Shown here in pieces: positions 36,091 to 45,955 of a stretch of DNA of 64,000 nucleotides; the stretch's first letter is position 1, and each line of letters opens with the position of its first letter. The notes beneath the pieces were generated by a model. The model searched no databases. It was not told the DNA's origin and was given only the letters and a program-made list of their open reading frames with translations. The position numbers were made by a program, and so were the translations under genes. The stretch is taken from assembly GCA_016188355.1 (NCBI GenBank), contig JACPHY010000016.1:66345-130344 (forward strand). Direction: 5' to 3'. The DNA is from Candidatus Uhrbacteria bacterium. Lineage in GTDB: Bacteria > Patescibacteriota > Patescibacteriia > JACPHY01.

Positions 36091-37857
36091 ATGAGATCTG
36101 TGCGTATCACCAACTGGGACATTTTTCACGTGCTGCTGCGGCATGCGCTGCGGCATCGATGGGGCGCATTGGCGACGTTAGCCGGAGCGAGTATTGCGGC
36201 GGTACTCGAGACAACGGTTCCTTGGTACTACCGTCAGTTTATTGACGTGCTCGGCGCGACCATACCTGGGATTTCGGCATCCGCAGATGCATTTCGCATT
36301 CTCGGGATTATTATTTTTCTCAATTTCGGTGCTTGGTGTGGACGTCGCTTGCAGGGCTTTGCATCGAGTGAGTTTCAGCCACGAGTCATGGCGGATTTAG
36401 AGCGAGAGAGCTTCTCGTATGTGCTCGGGCATTCGTACAAATTTTTTTCCGATGCATTCGCCGGTTCGCTGGTACGCAAGGTACATCGCATCAGCCGTGC
36501 ATTTGAAGTTATCGTGGACGAGGTGCAGTACCAATTTCTTCCGCTCGCAATCATACTGATCGGCGCAACCATCGGTCTCGGATTGCGGCATCCGACGTTC
36601 GCGATAGTTTTCGTGCTTTGGGCGGCCATGGTACTTGTTCTGAACTATGTTGCTTCTCGTTGGAAATTACGAATTGATGTCCAACGCGCAAGTGCTGACT
36701 CGGCGGTTACCGCAGCGCTTTCCGACGCGCTCACCAATGCAATCACCATCAAACTATTCACCGGAGCGTCATACGAAACAGATCGATTCGGCGCTGCGAA
36801 AGATACATGGCGCACGCTCCAGTCTTGGGCGTGGCGTCGGGGAGAAATCATCAGCTCCGTACAGGCAGCGCTCATGATGGGCATTGAGTTCGGCTTCTTG
36901 GCATGGGGGTTGTCGCGATGGTCACAAGGGCTGCTTTCCGTGGGGGACATTGTGCTCATGCAGGCATACCTTGGAATTATTTTTGGTAAGTTGTGGGACA
37001 TCGGACGTTCCTTTCGGCACATGGTAGAGGCGCTGGCCGATGCGCGCGAAATGGTAGAAATTCTTGAGCTGCCGCATGATGTTCGTGATCAGCGCAGCGC
37101 AAAGCCGCTTCGCGTCAAGCGGGGCGGGATCGTATTTCGTGACGTTTCGTTTTCATTTCAAAAGAAGCGCGTGGTGTTGGATCATTTCGTACTCTCCATT
37201 GCACCGCAAGAAAAAGTGGCCCTGGTGGGTCCATCAGGAGCGGGGAAGTCGACGATTACGAAGCTCCTGTTCCGGCTTCATGATATTTCGAGCGGATCAA
37301 TTCTCATTGATGGTCAGGACATCGCGAAGGTCACGCAGGAGAGTTTGCGCGATGCGATCGCGCTGGTGCCGCAGGAGCCCATCCTGTTCCATCGGACGCT
37401 CATGGAGAATATTCGATACGGGCGCCGAGATGCAACGGATGACGAGGTTATTACTGCAGCACGACAGGCGCACTGTGATGCATTTATTCGTGCGTGCCCG
37501 CAGGGGTACGAGACGTATGTGGGCGAGCGTGGCGTGAAGTTATCGGGTGGCGAGCGTCAACGCATTGCCATTGCGCGTGCCATCCTCCGCGACGCGCCAA
37601 TCCTCGTCCTTGATGAGGCGACCTCCAGTCTGGATTCCGAGTCCGAGCAGCTCATTCAAGATGCGCTGCGGGTGCTCATGGCACGAAAGACGGTCATGGT
37701 GATTGCGCATCGACTCTCGACCATCATGCTCATGGATCGGATCGTGGTCGTGGAGGCGGGCCGGGTCACTGCGACCGGCACCCACGAAGAACTGCTGGCC
37801 GGCCGAGGTACCTATCGGCGACTCTGGGACATACAGGCGGGCGGATTCATTGCATGA
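36091..37857 (+). CDS. ABC transporter, fused permease/ATPase (MsbA-like exporter)
   Basis: Six-TM domain, then Walker A GPSGAGKST, signature LSGGERQRIAIARA, Walker B ILVLDEATSSLD, H-loop IAHRLST. Confidence 0.85.
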   Translation: MRSVRITNWDIFHVLLRHALRHRWGALATLAGASIAAVLETTVPWYYRQFIDVLGATIPGISASADAFRILGIIIFLNFGAWCGRRLQGFASSEFQPRVMADLERESFSYVLGHSYKFFSDAFAGSLVRKVHRISRAFEVIVDEVQYQFLPLAIILIGATIGLGLRHPTFAIVFVLWAAMVLVLNYVASRWKLRIDVQRASADSAVTAALSDALTNAITIKLFTGASYETDRFGAAKDTWRTLQSWAWRRGEIISSVQAALMMGIEFGFLAWGLSRWSQGLLSVGDIVLMQAYLGIIFGKLWDIGRSFRHMVEALADAREMVEILELPHDVRDQRSAKPLRVKRGGIVFRDVSFSFQKKRVVLDHFVLSIAPQEKVALVGPSGAGKSTITKLLFRLHDISSGSILIDGQDIAKVTQESLRDAIALVPQEPILFHRTLMENIRYGRRDATDDEVITAARQAHCDAFIRACPQGYETYVGERGVKLSGGERQRIAIARAILRDAPILVLDEATSSLDSESEQLIQDALRVLMARKTVMVIAHRLSTIMLMDRIVVVEAGRVTATGTHEELLAGRGTYRRLWDIQAGGFIA

Positions 37858-38105
37858 GCGCCATGCTCGAAAAGCACCCACCAGCGCATTGCTGATGGGT
37901 GCCGTGGATCCGCTACGCGCGAGTGACCATACGACGGCGCTTCGCTGTTTTTGGCATGGGGACTTTTGGTTCGTGCTCGCGCCTCCGGGGCGTCAGTGGT
38001 GAGGAAGATCTCCCGGAGAGCGTTGGCGAACTCCTCGATTGCAGGTAATGCCTTGTGCTCGAGTATCTCGTCGTGTGGCTGCAGCCGTTCGGCGAGCTCC
38101 TCCAT
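37812..38105 (-). CDS. Small hypothetical protein (97 aa) divergent from arsR-family gene
   Basis: rc ATG at 38105 preceded by AAGGA 9 nt upstream. N-terminal 50 aa helical-looking. Overlaps the ABC 3' end by 45 nt. Confidence 0.3.
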   Translation of the reverse strand: MEELAERLQPHDEILEHKALPAIEEFANALREIFLTTDAPEARARTKSPHAKNSEAPSYGHSRVADPRHPSAMRWWVLFEHGAHAMNPPACMSQSRR

Positions 38106-38180
38106 CGCTTTTCCTTAGTGGTGTGGACCGAATTCAAGTAGTGGCTTCTTTTTTGTTTTTGGTTGGGGGTGCCCAATCTC

Positions 38181-38196
38181 TTATTCGTACGAATAA
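38181..38196. promoter_or_regulatory. Perfect 16-bp palindrome TTATTCGTACGAATAA (putative operator) upstream of the ArsR-family gene
   Basis: About 22 nt upstream of the ArsR ATG. TATACT -10-like hexamer follows at about 38205. Near-identical copy at 58873..58886. Confidence 0.55.
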
Positions 38197-38217
38197 ACGA
38201 ATGGAAGTATACTATGC

Positions 38218-38538
38218 ATGAGGTGGGCGGAGCTTTTGTTTTTGATGGCACATGATATGAATGATGCACGACTGCGGGATGCGACGCGTACGCTGAAGGC
38301 ATTAGCGAATGATCGGCGGTTATGGATTGTGCGGGAGCTTGCGCGGGAGAAGGAGCTTACGGTGGGGGACATCGCAAAGCGAATTAAGCTATCCTACAAA
38401 AGCACTTCGAAGCACCTGCAGAAGCTCTCCGAAGCAGAGTTGCTGCATCGCGAGCAGCGATCGCTGGAGGTGTACTGCTCGCTCGACCGGCGGAATGCGC
38501 TGCTGCAGGCGCTCCTCCCGCACCTCCCCTCGATGTAG
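38218..38538 (+). CDS. ArsR/SmtB-family transcriptional regulator
   Basis: …LKALANDRRLWIVRELAREKELTVGDIAKRIKLSYKSTSKHLQKLSEAELL… is a winged HTH of the ArsR family. Confidence 0.75.
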   Translation: MRWAELLFLMAHDMNDARLRDATRTLKALANDRRLWIVRELAREKELTVGDIAKRIKLSYKSTSKHLQKLSEAELLHREQRSLEVYCSLDRRNALLQALLPHLPSM

Positions 38539-38700
38539 TCGGCATGCATGGAGAGTGCCCACCATTTTTGTACGCTTTGGAGTCGTTTCTTGCGAAACGA
38601 CGCATTTCGGCATGCCGCGACATGACTCATGATCATTGGGTGTGGAGGAATGCAAGATATCCATTAGCTATCATGGAAGTATACAAATGACGGGGTTTGG

Positions 38701-39444
38701 ATGTCTATGCAAAAATATCGGGCGACCATGCTGGTGTGCTTCACGCCCCTCGTGACGCTCGCCACATTTGCGATTGAGTATGCGCTTGCGGCGTTCGTTT
38801 TCCTTCGGTATGGGCATCGTCCATTTGGGCGTCTCGTGAGCGTGGTACTGCTCCTCCTCGGTACCTTCCAGTTGGCGGAGTATCGGATCTGTCTCGGGGA
38901 CCGTACGGAGTTGTGGACGGTGATTGGATGGATGGCAATTACCCTGTTGCCGTCCGCGAGTGCGCATATCGCTGCTTGGGTGACGCGACGGACGACACTG
39001 CTCGTTCCGATGCTCCATGCGGTTGCCGCGATATTTGCGGGCATTATTCTCTGGCGACCCGCGGTGGTCCAATTGGGAACCTGTACGGGTAAATTTGTGA
39101 CCTTTTCCTATCACAGCGCGTTCGGCGCGGCGTATTCCCTCTACTATGGCGCAGGTCTGGCAATCGCGCTCGCGTGGCTGATTGCGGCGCTCGTTACCAA
39201 GTCCGGTCATCGATCGCTCGTTGGGTGGACGCTGGTGGGGTACTGTTCCTTCCTGGTCCCCGTCGGCGTGCTCACGGTATTTTCCTTGATTACTCGGATG
39301 AATGTGCCGTCCATTTTGTGTGGATTTGCCGTACTGCTCGCGGTGATCCTTACCGTTCGCGTGGTGCCGCTGGAAGCGCAGCTGCGTCAGACGGTTCGCG
39401 CACATCGGCGTACGCGTGCCCCGCATGCATTCCGTACTTCGTGA
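38701..39444 (+). CDS. Integral membrane protein, hypothetical
   Basis: Seven hydrophobic helices. Co-directional downstream of the ArsR-family gene. Confidence 0.5.
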   Translation: MSMQKYRATMLVCFTPLVTLATFAIEYALAAFVFLRYGHRPFGRLVSVVLLLLGTFQLAEYRICLGDRTELWTVIGWMAITLLPSASAHIAAWVTRRTTLLVPMLHAVAAIFAGIILWRPAVVQLGTCTGKFVTFSYHSAFGAAYSLYYGAGLAIALAWLIAALVTKSGHRSLVGWTLVGYCSFLVPVGVLTVFSLITRMNVPSILCGFAVLLAVILTVRVVPLEAQLRQTVRAHRRTRAPHAFRTS

Positions 39445-40138
39445 TCTCCGCGCGGAACTCCGCGCGGCTGCATGTCCGGCAAGGGCGGCCATTGCGCAGC
39501 GTTTTTTTCAAACGGGCGTTGGCGGGTATGCGGAGGGTGATCAATTTTTTGGTATTCGGGTTCCCGTGCTCCGGCAGCTCGTTCGTCGATATCGCAACCT
39601 CCCCATCGCTGCGGTGGAGGAGTTGTTCTGTTCGCCAATGCATGAGGAGCGGTTTCTTGCGATCAATATCTTAATCGATCAGTACCGTCGCGGAGATGAC
39701 CGTGCCCGAATGCGGATCGTGGACTGCTATCTCCGCAATATCGCGTACGTCAACAATTGGGATCTCGTCGATGGTTCTGCGCATCATCTCCTGGGAGCAT
39801 TGTTGGTGACACGGTCGCGTCGAATATTGTATCGGTTGGCGCGCTCCAGAAATTTTTGGAAACGAAGAATCGCCATTGTGGCAACCATGGCGTTCATCAC
39901 GCGTGGCGAATATGCGGATACGTTTGCGATCGCGCATATCCTGCTTCGCGATCCGCATGATCTCATCCAGAAAGCGGTCGGATGGATGTTGCGAGAGGTG
40001 GGGAAGCGTGCACGTCCTGCGGAGGAGGAATTTTTGCGTGCGCACTACCGGGAGATGCCGCGTACCATGCTTCGGTACGCGATCGAGCGTTTTCCTGAGG
40101 CGCGTCGTCAGGCGTATCTCCGGGGCACGGTCACGTAG
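39425..40138 (+). CDS. DNA alkylation repair enzyme (AlkD/AlkC-like HEAT-repeat glycosylase family)
   Basis: …AQRFFQTGVGGYAEGDQFFGIRVPVLRQLVRRY…NNWDLVDGSAHHLLG… matches the DNA_alkylation (AlkD-like) family pattern. Confidence 0.65.
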   Translation: MHSVLRDLRAELRAAACPARAAIAQRFFQTGVGGYAEGDQFFGIRVPVLRQLVRRYRNLPIAAVEELFCSPMHEERFLAINILIDQYRRGDDRARMRIVDCYLRNIAYVNNWDLVDGSAHHLLGALLVTRSRRILYRLARSRNFWKRRIAIVATMAFITRGEYADTFAIAHILLRDPHDLIQKAVGWMLREVGKRARPAEEEFLRAHYREMPRTMLRYAIERFPEARRQAYLRGTVT

Positions 40139-40158
40139 CCATGCCTTATTGGGTGGTG

Positions 40159-41448
40159 CTACGCCGCAACGGAGGAAAGGGTTGGATAGAGTGGGTACGC
40201 ATCCGCGATTGCGCGGATGGTTGCTTGGGTGCGATGGAGGAGGAGTGCGTCATCCGGGCTACGAAGGACTTCCGCGATGCACTGGCCGATGGTGCGCATG
40301 TCTTCCGGGGTGTAGCCTCGGGTGGTGAGGGCGGGGGTGCCGAGACGGATACCGGATGGGTCGAATGGTTTTCGTGGATCGTTCGGAATCGCGTTGAAGT
40401 TCACGGATATCCCGATTCGGTAGAGGGCCTCCGCGGCGATGCGCCCCGTGGTGCCGAATGGGGTGACGTCCATGAGGAGGAGGTGGTTGTCGGTGCCTCC
40501 GGTGATAAGCCGGCCGCCAGCGGCCGCGAGTGTTTCAGCGAGTGCGCGGGCATTTTCAATAATGCGCTGCGCATAGGTGCGGAATTCGGGTTGTGCGGCC
40601 TCGTGGAGCGCTGCCGCAATTGCGGCGGTTTGATGGTCATGCGGTCCCCCTTGGAGTCCCGGGAATACGGCGCGATCGATGAGCGAGGGGAGATGGTCGC
40701 GCGTGCGTTCGGGCGGCGCTTTCAGCGGATCGGAGGGTAATCCATTGCAGAGAATCATGGCGCCGCGCGGCCCGCGGAGCGTCTTATGGGTGGTGGTGGT
40801 CACGACGTCGGCATGGCCGACGGGGGAAGGATGGGCATCGCCCGCCACGAGGCCAGCAATGTGCGAGATATCCGCCACGAGGAAGGCATCTACCTCACGC
40901 GCGATGGATGCGAGTTTCGCGAAGTCAATGATTCGGGGATACGCCGTGGCACCGCAGAAGATGAGTTTCGGGCGTTCGGTACGCGCCTGCGTCGCAATCG
41001 CGTCGTAATCGAGCCACCCCTCGGCGTTGGTGATATAGGGGACGGAACGGTAGTAGATGCCGGTGGCGCTCACCTTCCATCCGTGGGTGAGGTGCCCGCC
41101 GTACCGGAGGTCGAGCCCCATGATGGTATCTCCCGGATGGAGGAGGGCGAGACATACCGCAAGATTGGCCGGAGATCCGGAGTACGGCTGCACGTTGACA
41201 TGGGAAACATGAAACAACTCGCGAGCGCGTGAGCGCGCGAGTTCCTCAATGGCATCGATGATCTCGTTGCCGCTGTAGTATCGTTTTCCCGGGTATCCTT
41301 CCGAGTATTTATTCGTGCACACGCTGCCGGTTGCCGCGAGCACCGCCGGAGAGACGTAGTTTTCGCTCGGGATCATCGCGAGCACGCGCCGTTGGCGATC
41401 CAGCTCTTGATCGAGGAGCGGAGCGAGTTGTGCATCGATCGTGTGCAT
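40159..41448 (-). CDS. glyA: Serine hydroxymethyltransferase
   Basis: …MIPSENYVSPAVLAATGSVCTNKYSEGYPGKRYYSGNE…, …TTTTHKTLRGPRGAMIL… PLP-lysine motif. Start at MHTIDAQ (rc ATG 41448); the upstream ORF extension is non-homologous. Confidence 0.9.
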   Translation of the reverse strand: MHTIDAQLAPLLDQELDRQRRVLAMIPSENYVSPAVLAATGSVCTNKYSEGYPGKRYYSGNEIIDAIEELARSRARELFHVSHVNVQPYSGSPANLAVCLALLHPGDTIMGLDLRYGGHLTHGWKVSATGIYYRSVPYITNAEGWLDYDAIATQARTERPKLIFCGATAYPRIIDFAKLASIAREVDAFLVADISHIAGLVAGDAHPSPVGHADVVTTTTHKTLRGPRGAMILCNGLPSDPLKAPPERTRDHLPSLIDRAVFPGLQGGPHDHQTAAIAAALHEAAQPEFRTYAQRIIENARALAETLAAAGGRLITGGTDNHLLLMDVTPFGTTGRIAAEALYRIGISVNFNAIPNDPRKPFDPSGIRLGTPALTTRGYTPEDMRTIGQCIAEVLRSPDDALLLHRTQATIRAIADAYPLYPTLSSVAA

Positions 41449-41470
41449 GGGAAGGAGGGGGACGGGTGAC

Positions 41471-41650
41471 TCATGGTTGCTTCTGCGGCAACGGAATGAG
41501 TCGGACCACATTGAGCCCGAGTAGGAGAACAAGGAGACGGACCGCGAATCGGATGCCGCCATGCTCAATACCGCTCACGACATCATCAAAAATCGTGATC
41601 GGGATGAGAATGATGAAAACGAGGACAACGTAGCGGAGCCAGCCAAGCAT
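41471..41650 (-). CDS. Small hydrophobic protein (59 aa), hypothetical
   Basis: MLGWLRYVVLVFIILIPITIFDDVVSGIEHGGIRFAVRLLVLLLGLNVVRLIPLPQKQP. Two TM-like segments. 22 nt upstream of glyA on the same strand. Confidence 0.3.
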   Translation of the reverse strand: MLGWLRYVVLVFIILIPITIFDDVVSGIEHGGIRFAVRLLVLLLGLNVVRLIPLPQKQP

Positions 41651-41824
41651 ACATGGGGCTCCAGTCGACCGACCACCGACTACACGTGCGCGCTGCGATG
41701 GTCGCAGCGCGGTAGTCTGCAGTCGGACAACCGGAGGAAGAGTACTCGCTCTTGGGTTGTGCTACGCTTCGAACGTAGCAGTTGCATGGACATTCGTCAA
41801 GCTGCGGACAACGCAGGGTGGGGT

Positions 41825-43162
41825 ATGAATATCGCACAACTACGCGACGCGTATCTGATTGGGATCAAGGGGGCCGGAATGACCGCGCTCGCCATTATTT
41901 TGCGCGAGCGCGGTGTGCGGGTGACCGGGTCGGATGTGCCGGAGCGATTTGCCACGGATGCGGTGCTCGCGGCACGGTCGATTCCGGTTCATGCCGGATT
42001 TGCCGCGTCGCATGTCCCCCCGACGACGGATGTGGTGATTCGATCGACCGCATATGGAGATGCGCATGTGGAGGTGCAGCGTGCGCGATTGCTCGGACGA
42101 ACGGTGCTGACGTATCCGGAGGCCGTGGCATCCCTCTTCAACTCCGGACGGGGGATCGCGGTGTGCGGCAGTCACGGCAAATCCACCACGACCGCACTTT
42201 TGGGATTTGTACTCGCCGCGGGCGGATATGATCCGACGGTGATCGTGGGTGCCGTGGTGCCGCAATTTGAGGGGAATGCGCGGGTGGGGCATTCTGCATA
42301 CGTGGTCCTCGAGGCGGATGAGTATCAGAATAAGCTGGCGCATTACCAGCCGTTCGGCGTGATCCTTACGAATATTGAGTACGACCACCCGGATTTTTTC
42401 CCGACGCCCGCATCGTATGTGGATGCGTTCCGTGCCTTCGTGCGTCGCATTCCGGCCGATGGATTCTTGGTGGCGTGCACGGACGATCCAGTGGTTGCCG
42501 ATGTCGTGCGCGATGCGCGCTGTGCGGTGATTCCTTACGGGCGGTCGCAGGGCGTTCCCGAGGATTTGCATCTCCAATTAGTGGGAGCGCATAATGCGGA
42601 AAATGCGTTGGGCGTACTCGCGGCTGCCCTGCATCTTGGGATGTCGCGCACCGATGCGCTCGCAGCGATTGCTGCATTCACCGGCACGCGACGTCGGTTC
42701 GAGATCATCGGAACGGCCGCGGGGAGTACGGTGATCGATGACTATGGGCATCATCCCTCCGAGATTCGTGCCACGTTAGCCGCAGCGCGTACGCGGTATC
42801 CCGGACAGCGTATCCTCTGCGCCTTCCATGCGCATACGTTCAGTCGCACCGTGGCGCTCAAGGATGGTTTTGCCGCTGCCTTTCGTGACGCAGACCAGAC
42901 ATACGTCATGGATATTTTTGGATCTGCGCGTGAGCCGCACGGAGGTATCACCGCGGCGGAGCTCGCGGCGGCAATTGCGGTGCAGAGTCCGGCGGTGGCG
43001 AGTGGGAATGTCGCCGAAACGACTGCCGTGCTCCTCCGTGATGTTCGTCCGGGGGATGTGGTCATCTGCATGGGTGCCGGAGAGAATGATCATGTTGCCC
43101 GAAATGTAGTGACGGGATTGCAGATGCGCGCATCAGGAGACGAGCCGATGCGCGCGCGGTAA
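41825..43162 (+). CDS. murC: UDP-N-acetylmuramate--L-alanine ligase MurC
   Basis: …AYLIGIKGAGMTALAIIL…, …IAVCGSHGKSTTTALL…, and the Mur ligase middle and C-terminal domains. An alternative start lies at 41786. Confidence 0.85.
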   Translation: MNIAQLRDAYLIGIKGAGMTALAIILRERGVRVTGSDVPERFATDAVLAARSIPVHAGFAASHVPPTTDVVIRSTAYGDAHVEVQRARLLGRTVLTYPEAVASLFNSGRGIAVCGSHGKSTTTALLGFVLAAGGYDPTVIVGAVVPQFEGNARVGHSAYVVLEADEYQNKLAHYQPFGVILTNIEYDHPDFFPTPASYVDAFRAFVRRIPADGFLVACTDDPVVADVVRDARCAVIPYGRSQGVPEDLHLQLVGAHNAENALGVLAAALHLGMSRTDALAAIAAFTGTRRRFEIIGTAAGSTVIDDYGHHPSEIRATLAAARTRYPGQRILCAFHAHTFSRTVALKDGFAAAFRDADQTYVMDIFGSAREPHGGITAAELAAAIAVQSPAVASGNVAETTAVLLRDVRPGDVVICMGAGENDHVARNVVTGLQMRASGDEPMRAR

Positions 43163-43172
43163 TGGGAATGCT

Positions 43173-43850
43173 ATGTTGCCGATTCGCGATCACGAGCGTC
43201 CGTCCACCGTGCCGATCGTCACCATCGCGCTGGTCGTGGTGAATGTCTTCGTATTTGTGCAGGAGCTGCTCGCTCCGAATCTCGACGCGTTCATCCGGCA
43301 GTGGGCACTCGTGCCCGCGGCCATGGACCTCACCCGTCCCGCGTCGCTCCTCCCATTACTCACGTCGCAATTTTTGCATGCAGGGTTTGCGCATATTGCG
43401 TTCAACATGTGGTTTCTGTGGATTTTCGGGGACAATGTCGAAGCGGCGTTGGGGCGATTCCGATTTTTGTTCTTCTATCTCCTCTCCGGAGTGGTTGCGG
43501 CGTTGGTGGAGCTGCCGTTTATTGCGGGCACGAATATCCCCATGCTCGGAGCATCCGGTGCGGTTGCGGGGGTGTTGGGGGCGTACTGGGCGTGGTTTCC
43601 CCGGCATCGGATTGACGCACTCGTGCCGGACCTCTTCATTGGATTCCCGATGCGCGCCACGCTTCCGGCGGGCGTCGTGCTCCTGTTTTGGTTTGTCGGA
43701 CAATTACTAAATGGTGTTGCTTCGGTCGCGACTGGCACTGCGGCCATTGGCGGGGTTGCCTTTTGGGCGCACATTGGCGGGTTCGTATTCGGTTGGTCGG
43801 TAGCGCGGATGATTGGCATGCATCGCGGAGTTCGCGTGATTCGGCAATAG
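43173..43850 (+). CDS. Rhomboid-family intramembrane serine protease
   Basis: …FLHAGFAHIAFNMWFLWIFG…GASGAVAGVLGAY… with catalytic GxSG and a downstream His-containing helix. Confidence 0.8.
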   Translation: MLPIRDHERPSTVPIVTIALVVVNVFVFVQELLAPNLDAFIRQWALVPAAMDLTRPASLLPLLTSQFLHAGFAHIAFNMWFLWIFGDNVEAALGRFRFLFFYLLSGVVAALVELPFIAGTNIPMLGASGAVAGVLGAYWAWFPRHRIDALVPDLFIGFPMRATLPAGVVLLFWFVGQLLNGVASVATGTAAIGGVAFWAHIGGFVFGWSVARMIGMHRGVRVIRQ

Positions 43851-43862
43851 GAGGAGCCCTCT

Positions 43863-44867
43863 ATGGAGTACCCCACGATACTGGCAGAGCGATTTGGGCC
43901 GCGGTTTCGCACGCAAGAGCCGATGCACGTGCATACGAATTTTCGTATTGGGGGACCGGCGCAGTACTACGTCGAGGCGCGATCGGTGGATGAGGTGCGC
44001 GCGACTATTGCGTTCGCCACGCAGCAGCGTATCCCTTGGGTCGTTTTCGGCGGGGGATCGAATACATTGGTTGCCGATGCGGGGTTTCCGGGAATCGTGA
44101 TCCAGCTCGCCAATCGTGAGGTGACCATCTCGGGTACGCAGGTAACGGCGGGCGCCGGAGCAATTACCGCTGCCGTTGCGCGACAAGCGGGAGAAGCCGG
44201 TCTGACGGGATATGAGTGGGCGGTGAGTCTTCCGGGAACGATCGGCGGAGCCGTCCGAGGAAATGCGGGGTGCTTTGGAGGGGAGACGAAGGACGTGGTC
44301 CGGGAGGTACAGGTGCTCCGCTGCTCCCGTGCGGGGGAGTGGCAGATCGACGTGCTGCCTGCGGCGGATTGTGGATTTCGGTATCGTCATTCCATATTTA
44401 AAGAACAGTCGGAGTGGGTGATTGTCGCGGCGGTACTTGCGCTTGCTCCCGGAGATGCCGCGCAGAGTCGCCAACGCATGGCGGATTATTTGGCACGGCG
44501 AAAAGCAAAGCAGCCGCTCGAGCGCCCCAGCGCGGGCTGCCTTTTTACGAACGTCGAGCTGCATCGGCTGACGGAGGCGCAGTGCGCGCAACTGGATGCG
44601 GCAACGGGCGGCACATGGCGGGCGGTGGCGCACGATGGCCAACTTCCGACCGGTTGGATTGTGGAGCAATCGGGTTGCAAGGGACTCCGGGTCGGGGATG
44701 CGATGATTTCGGAGAAGCACGGGAATTTTGTCGTGAATCTCGGCCATGCGACCGCTGCGGACGTTATGACGTTATCTGACCTCGTACGGGAACGGGTACG
44801 CGCCGCGTGGGGCATTGATCTCCATGAAGAGGTACAGCGGCTGGGCGATGGAGCGTCCGCGCATTGA
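43863..44867 (+). CDS. murB: UDP-N-acetylenolpyruvoylglucosamine reductase MurB
   Basis: FAD-binding …TNFRIGGPAQYYVEA…VFGGGSNTLV…, and …GYEWAVSLPGTIGGAVRGNAGCFGGE…. Confidence 0.85.
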   Translation: MEYPTILAERFGPRFRTQEPMHVHTNFRIGGPAQYYVEARSVDEVRATIAFATQQRIPWVVFGGGSNTLVADAGFPGIVIQLANREVTISGTQVTAGAGAITAAVARQAGEAGLTGYEWAVSLPGTIGGAVRGNAGCFGGETKDVVREVQVLRCSRAGEWQIDVLPAADCGFRYRHSIFKEQSEWVIVAAVLALAPGDAAQSRQRMADYLARRKAKQPLERPSAGCLFTNVELHRLTEAQCAQLDAATGGTWRAVAHDGQLPTGWIVEQSGCKGLRVGDAMISEKHGNFVVNLGHATAADVMTLSDLVRERVRAAWGIDLHEEVQRLGDGASAH

Positions 44868-45703
44868 CCTGCGGCGCGGGTTGTGAGAGAAGGGAGAGGC
44901 GGAAGGAGTCTGGTCGCATGGGTCGAAAACAGAAGATACGGATTGGACGTCGCGTGGGCGCGCATCGGGAAATGCTGATGAGCCGGGTGCGCCGCTACTA
45001 TGGGGAAGAACGGGTGGCGGATGGACTTCCCGAGATGCTGGACGATGACCTGCAGCGGCAGTACACGGAAGCGGCGATGGCGATTTATCGGCAACCGTGG
45101 GCGACGGAGGAAGAGCTGGAGCGCATCAATGATCGACTCGCCCCGCACTGGCTTTCCGGCATGCATTGGGATGATTTGCATGGCGCCGTGCTCGTGGAAC
45201 TTGCGTGCCAGATAGCGGCATCGCGACCGAAGCTGGTGCTCGATGCGGGCTGCGGAGTGGGATTGGATAGTGTGTTCCTTGCGCTCCAGTTTCCGGACGT
45301 GCAGTTCGTGGGCACGGATCTCTCCGCGCGGATGATCGGATATGCCCAAACACGGGCGCAGCGGAGGCAGAGAAGGGTGCAGAATGCACGGTTCCTGGTT
45401 GCGGCCCATCGGGAGCTCCCGGCATGTTTTCCGGATACGCGATTCGATATGGTAGTCACCCATGGATCGTGTGTGTATGTGGATGCGGATCACCTCGCGC
45501 AGCACTGCGCCGCATTTGCCGCGGTGCTGCGTTCCGGGGGGCAGTGGTTTACGGAAATGCCCTTCGAACAGCCGCCAGATCATTTTCTCGGAGCGATCAC
45601 CGCGCTTGCGCCGCAATTCGATCTTCCGAACGGAAACGCAATCCGCACGCTCCGTCTGCACGGCGAGGAAGTCTGCTGGAACGCGGTGTTTCGTCGGAAG
45701 TAA
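44864..45703 (+). CDS. Class I SAM-dependent methyltransferase
   Basis: Motif I LVLDAGCGVGLD. An acidic residue after beta-2 (…FVGTDLS…). ATGA overlap with murB (an alternative start lies at 44918). Confidence 0.6.
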   Translation: MTCGAGCERRERRKESGRMGRKQKIRIGRRVGAHREMLMSRVRRYYGEERVADGLPEMLDDDLQRQYTEAAMAIYRQPWATEEELERINDRLAPHWLSGMHWDDLHGAVLVELACQIAASRPKLVLDAGCGVGLDSVFLALQFPDVQFVGTDLSARMIGYAQTRAQRRQRRVQNARFLVAAHRELPACFPDTRFDMVVTHGSCVYVDADHLAQHCAAFAAVLRSGGQWFTEMPFEQPPDHFLGAITALAPQFDLPNGNAIRTLRLHGEEVCWNAVFRRK

Positions 45704-45721
45704 TTCCGTGTGTCGCTCGCT

Positions 45722-45755
45722 AGCGCGCGGCCCCTCGAGGCCGCGCTTTTCGTAT
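45722..45755 (+). terminator. Rho-independent terminator AGCGCGGCC-cctcga-GGCCGCGCT + TTTCGTAT
   Basis: GC-rich stem followed by a U-tract 19 nt after the methyltransferase stop. Confidence 0.65.
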
Positions 45756-45955
45756 CCATTGCCAGGACGTCGTCCCCGTGGCATCCTACCCCCATATGTC
45801 CCGTTCTCGACTTCCGAAGAGCATCCGCAAGTACCTCCGTGCGGAAAAGTCGCGCATTCGCCATACTTCGGATCGAAACACAGCGGAAATGTCCATCCGT
45901 GCGTTGATGGCGAAGTATCTCCACGACCCCCGTCGTGGTATGCTGAAGTAGTTCT

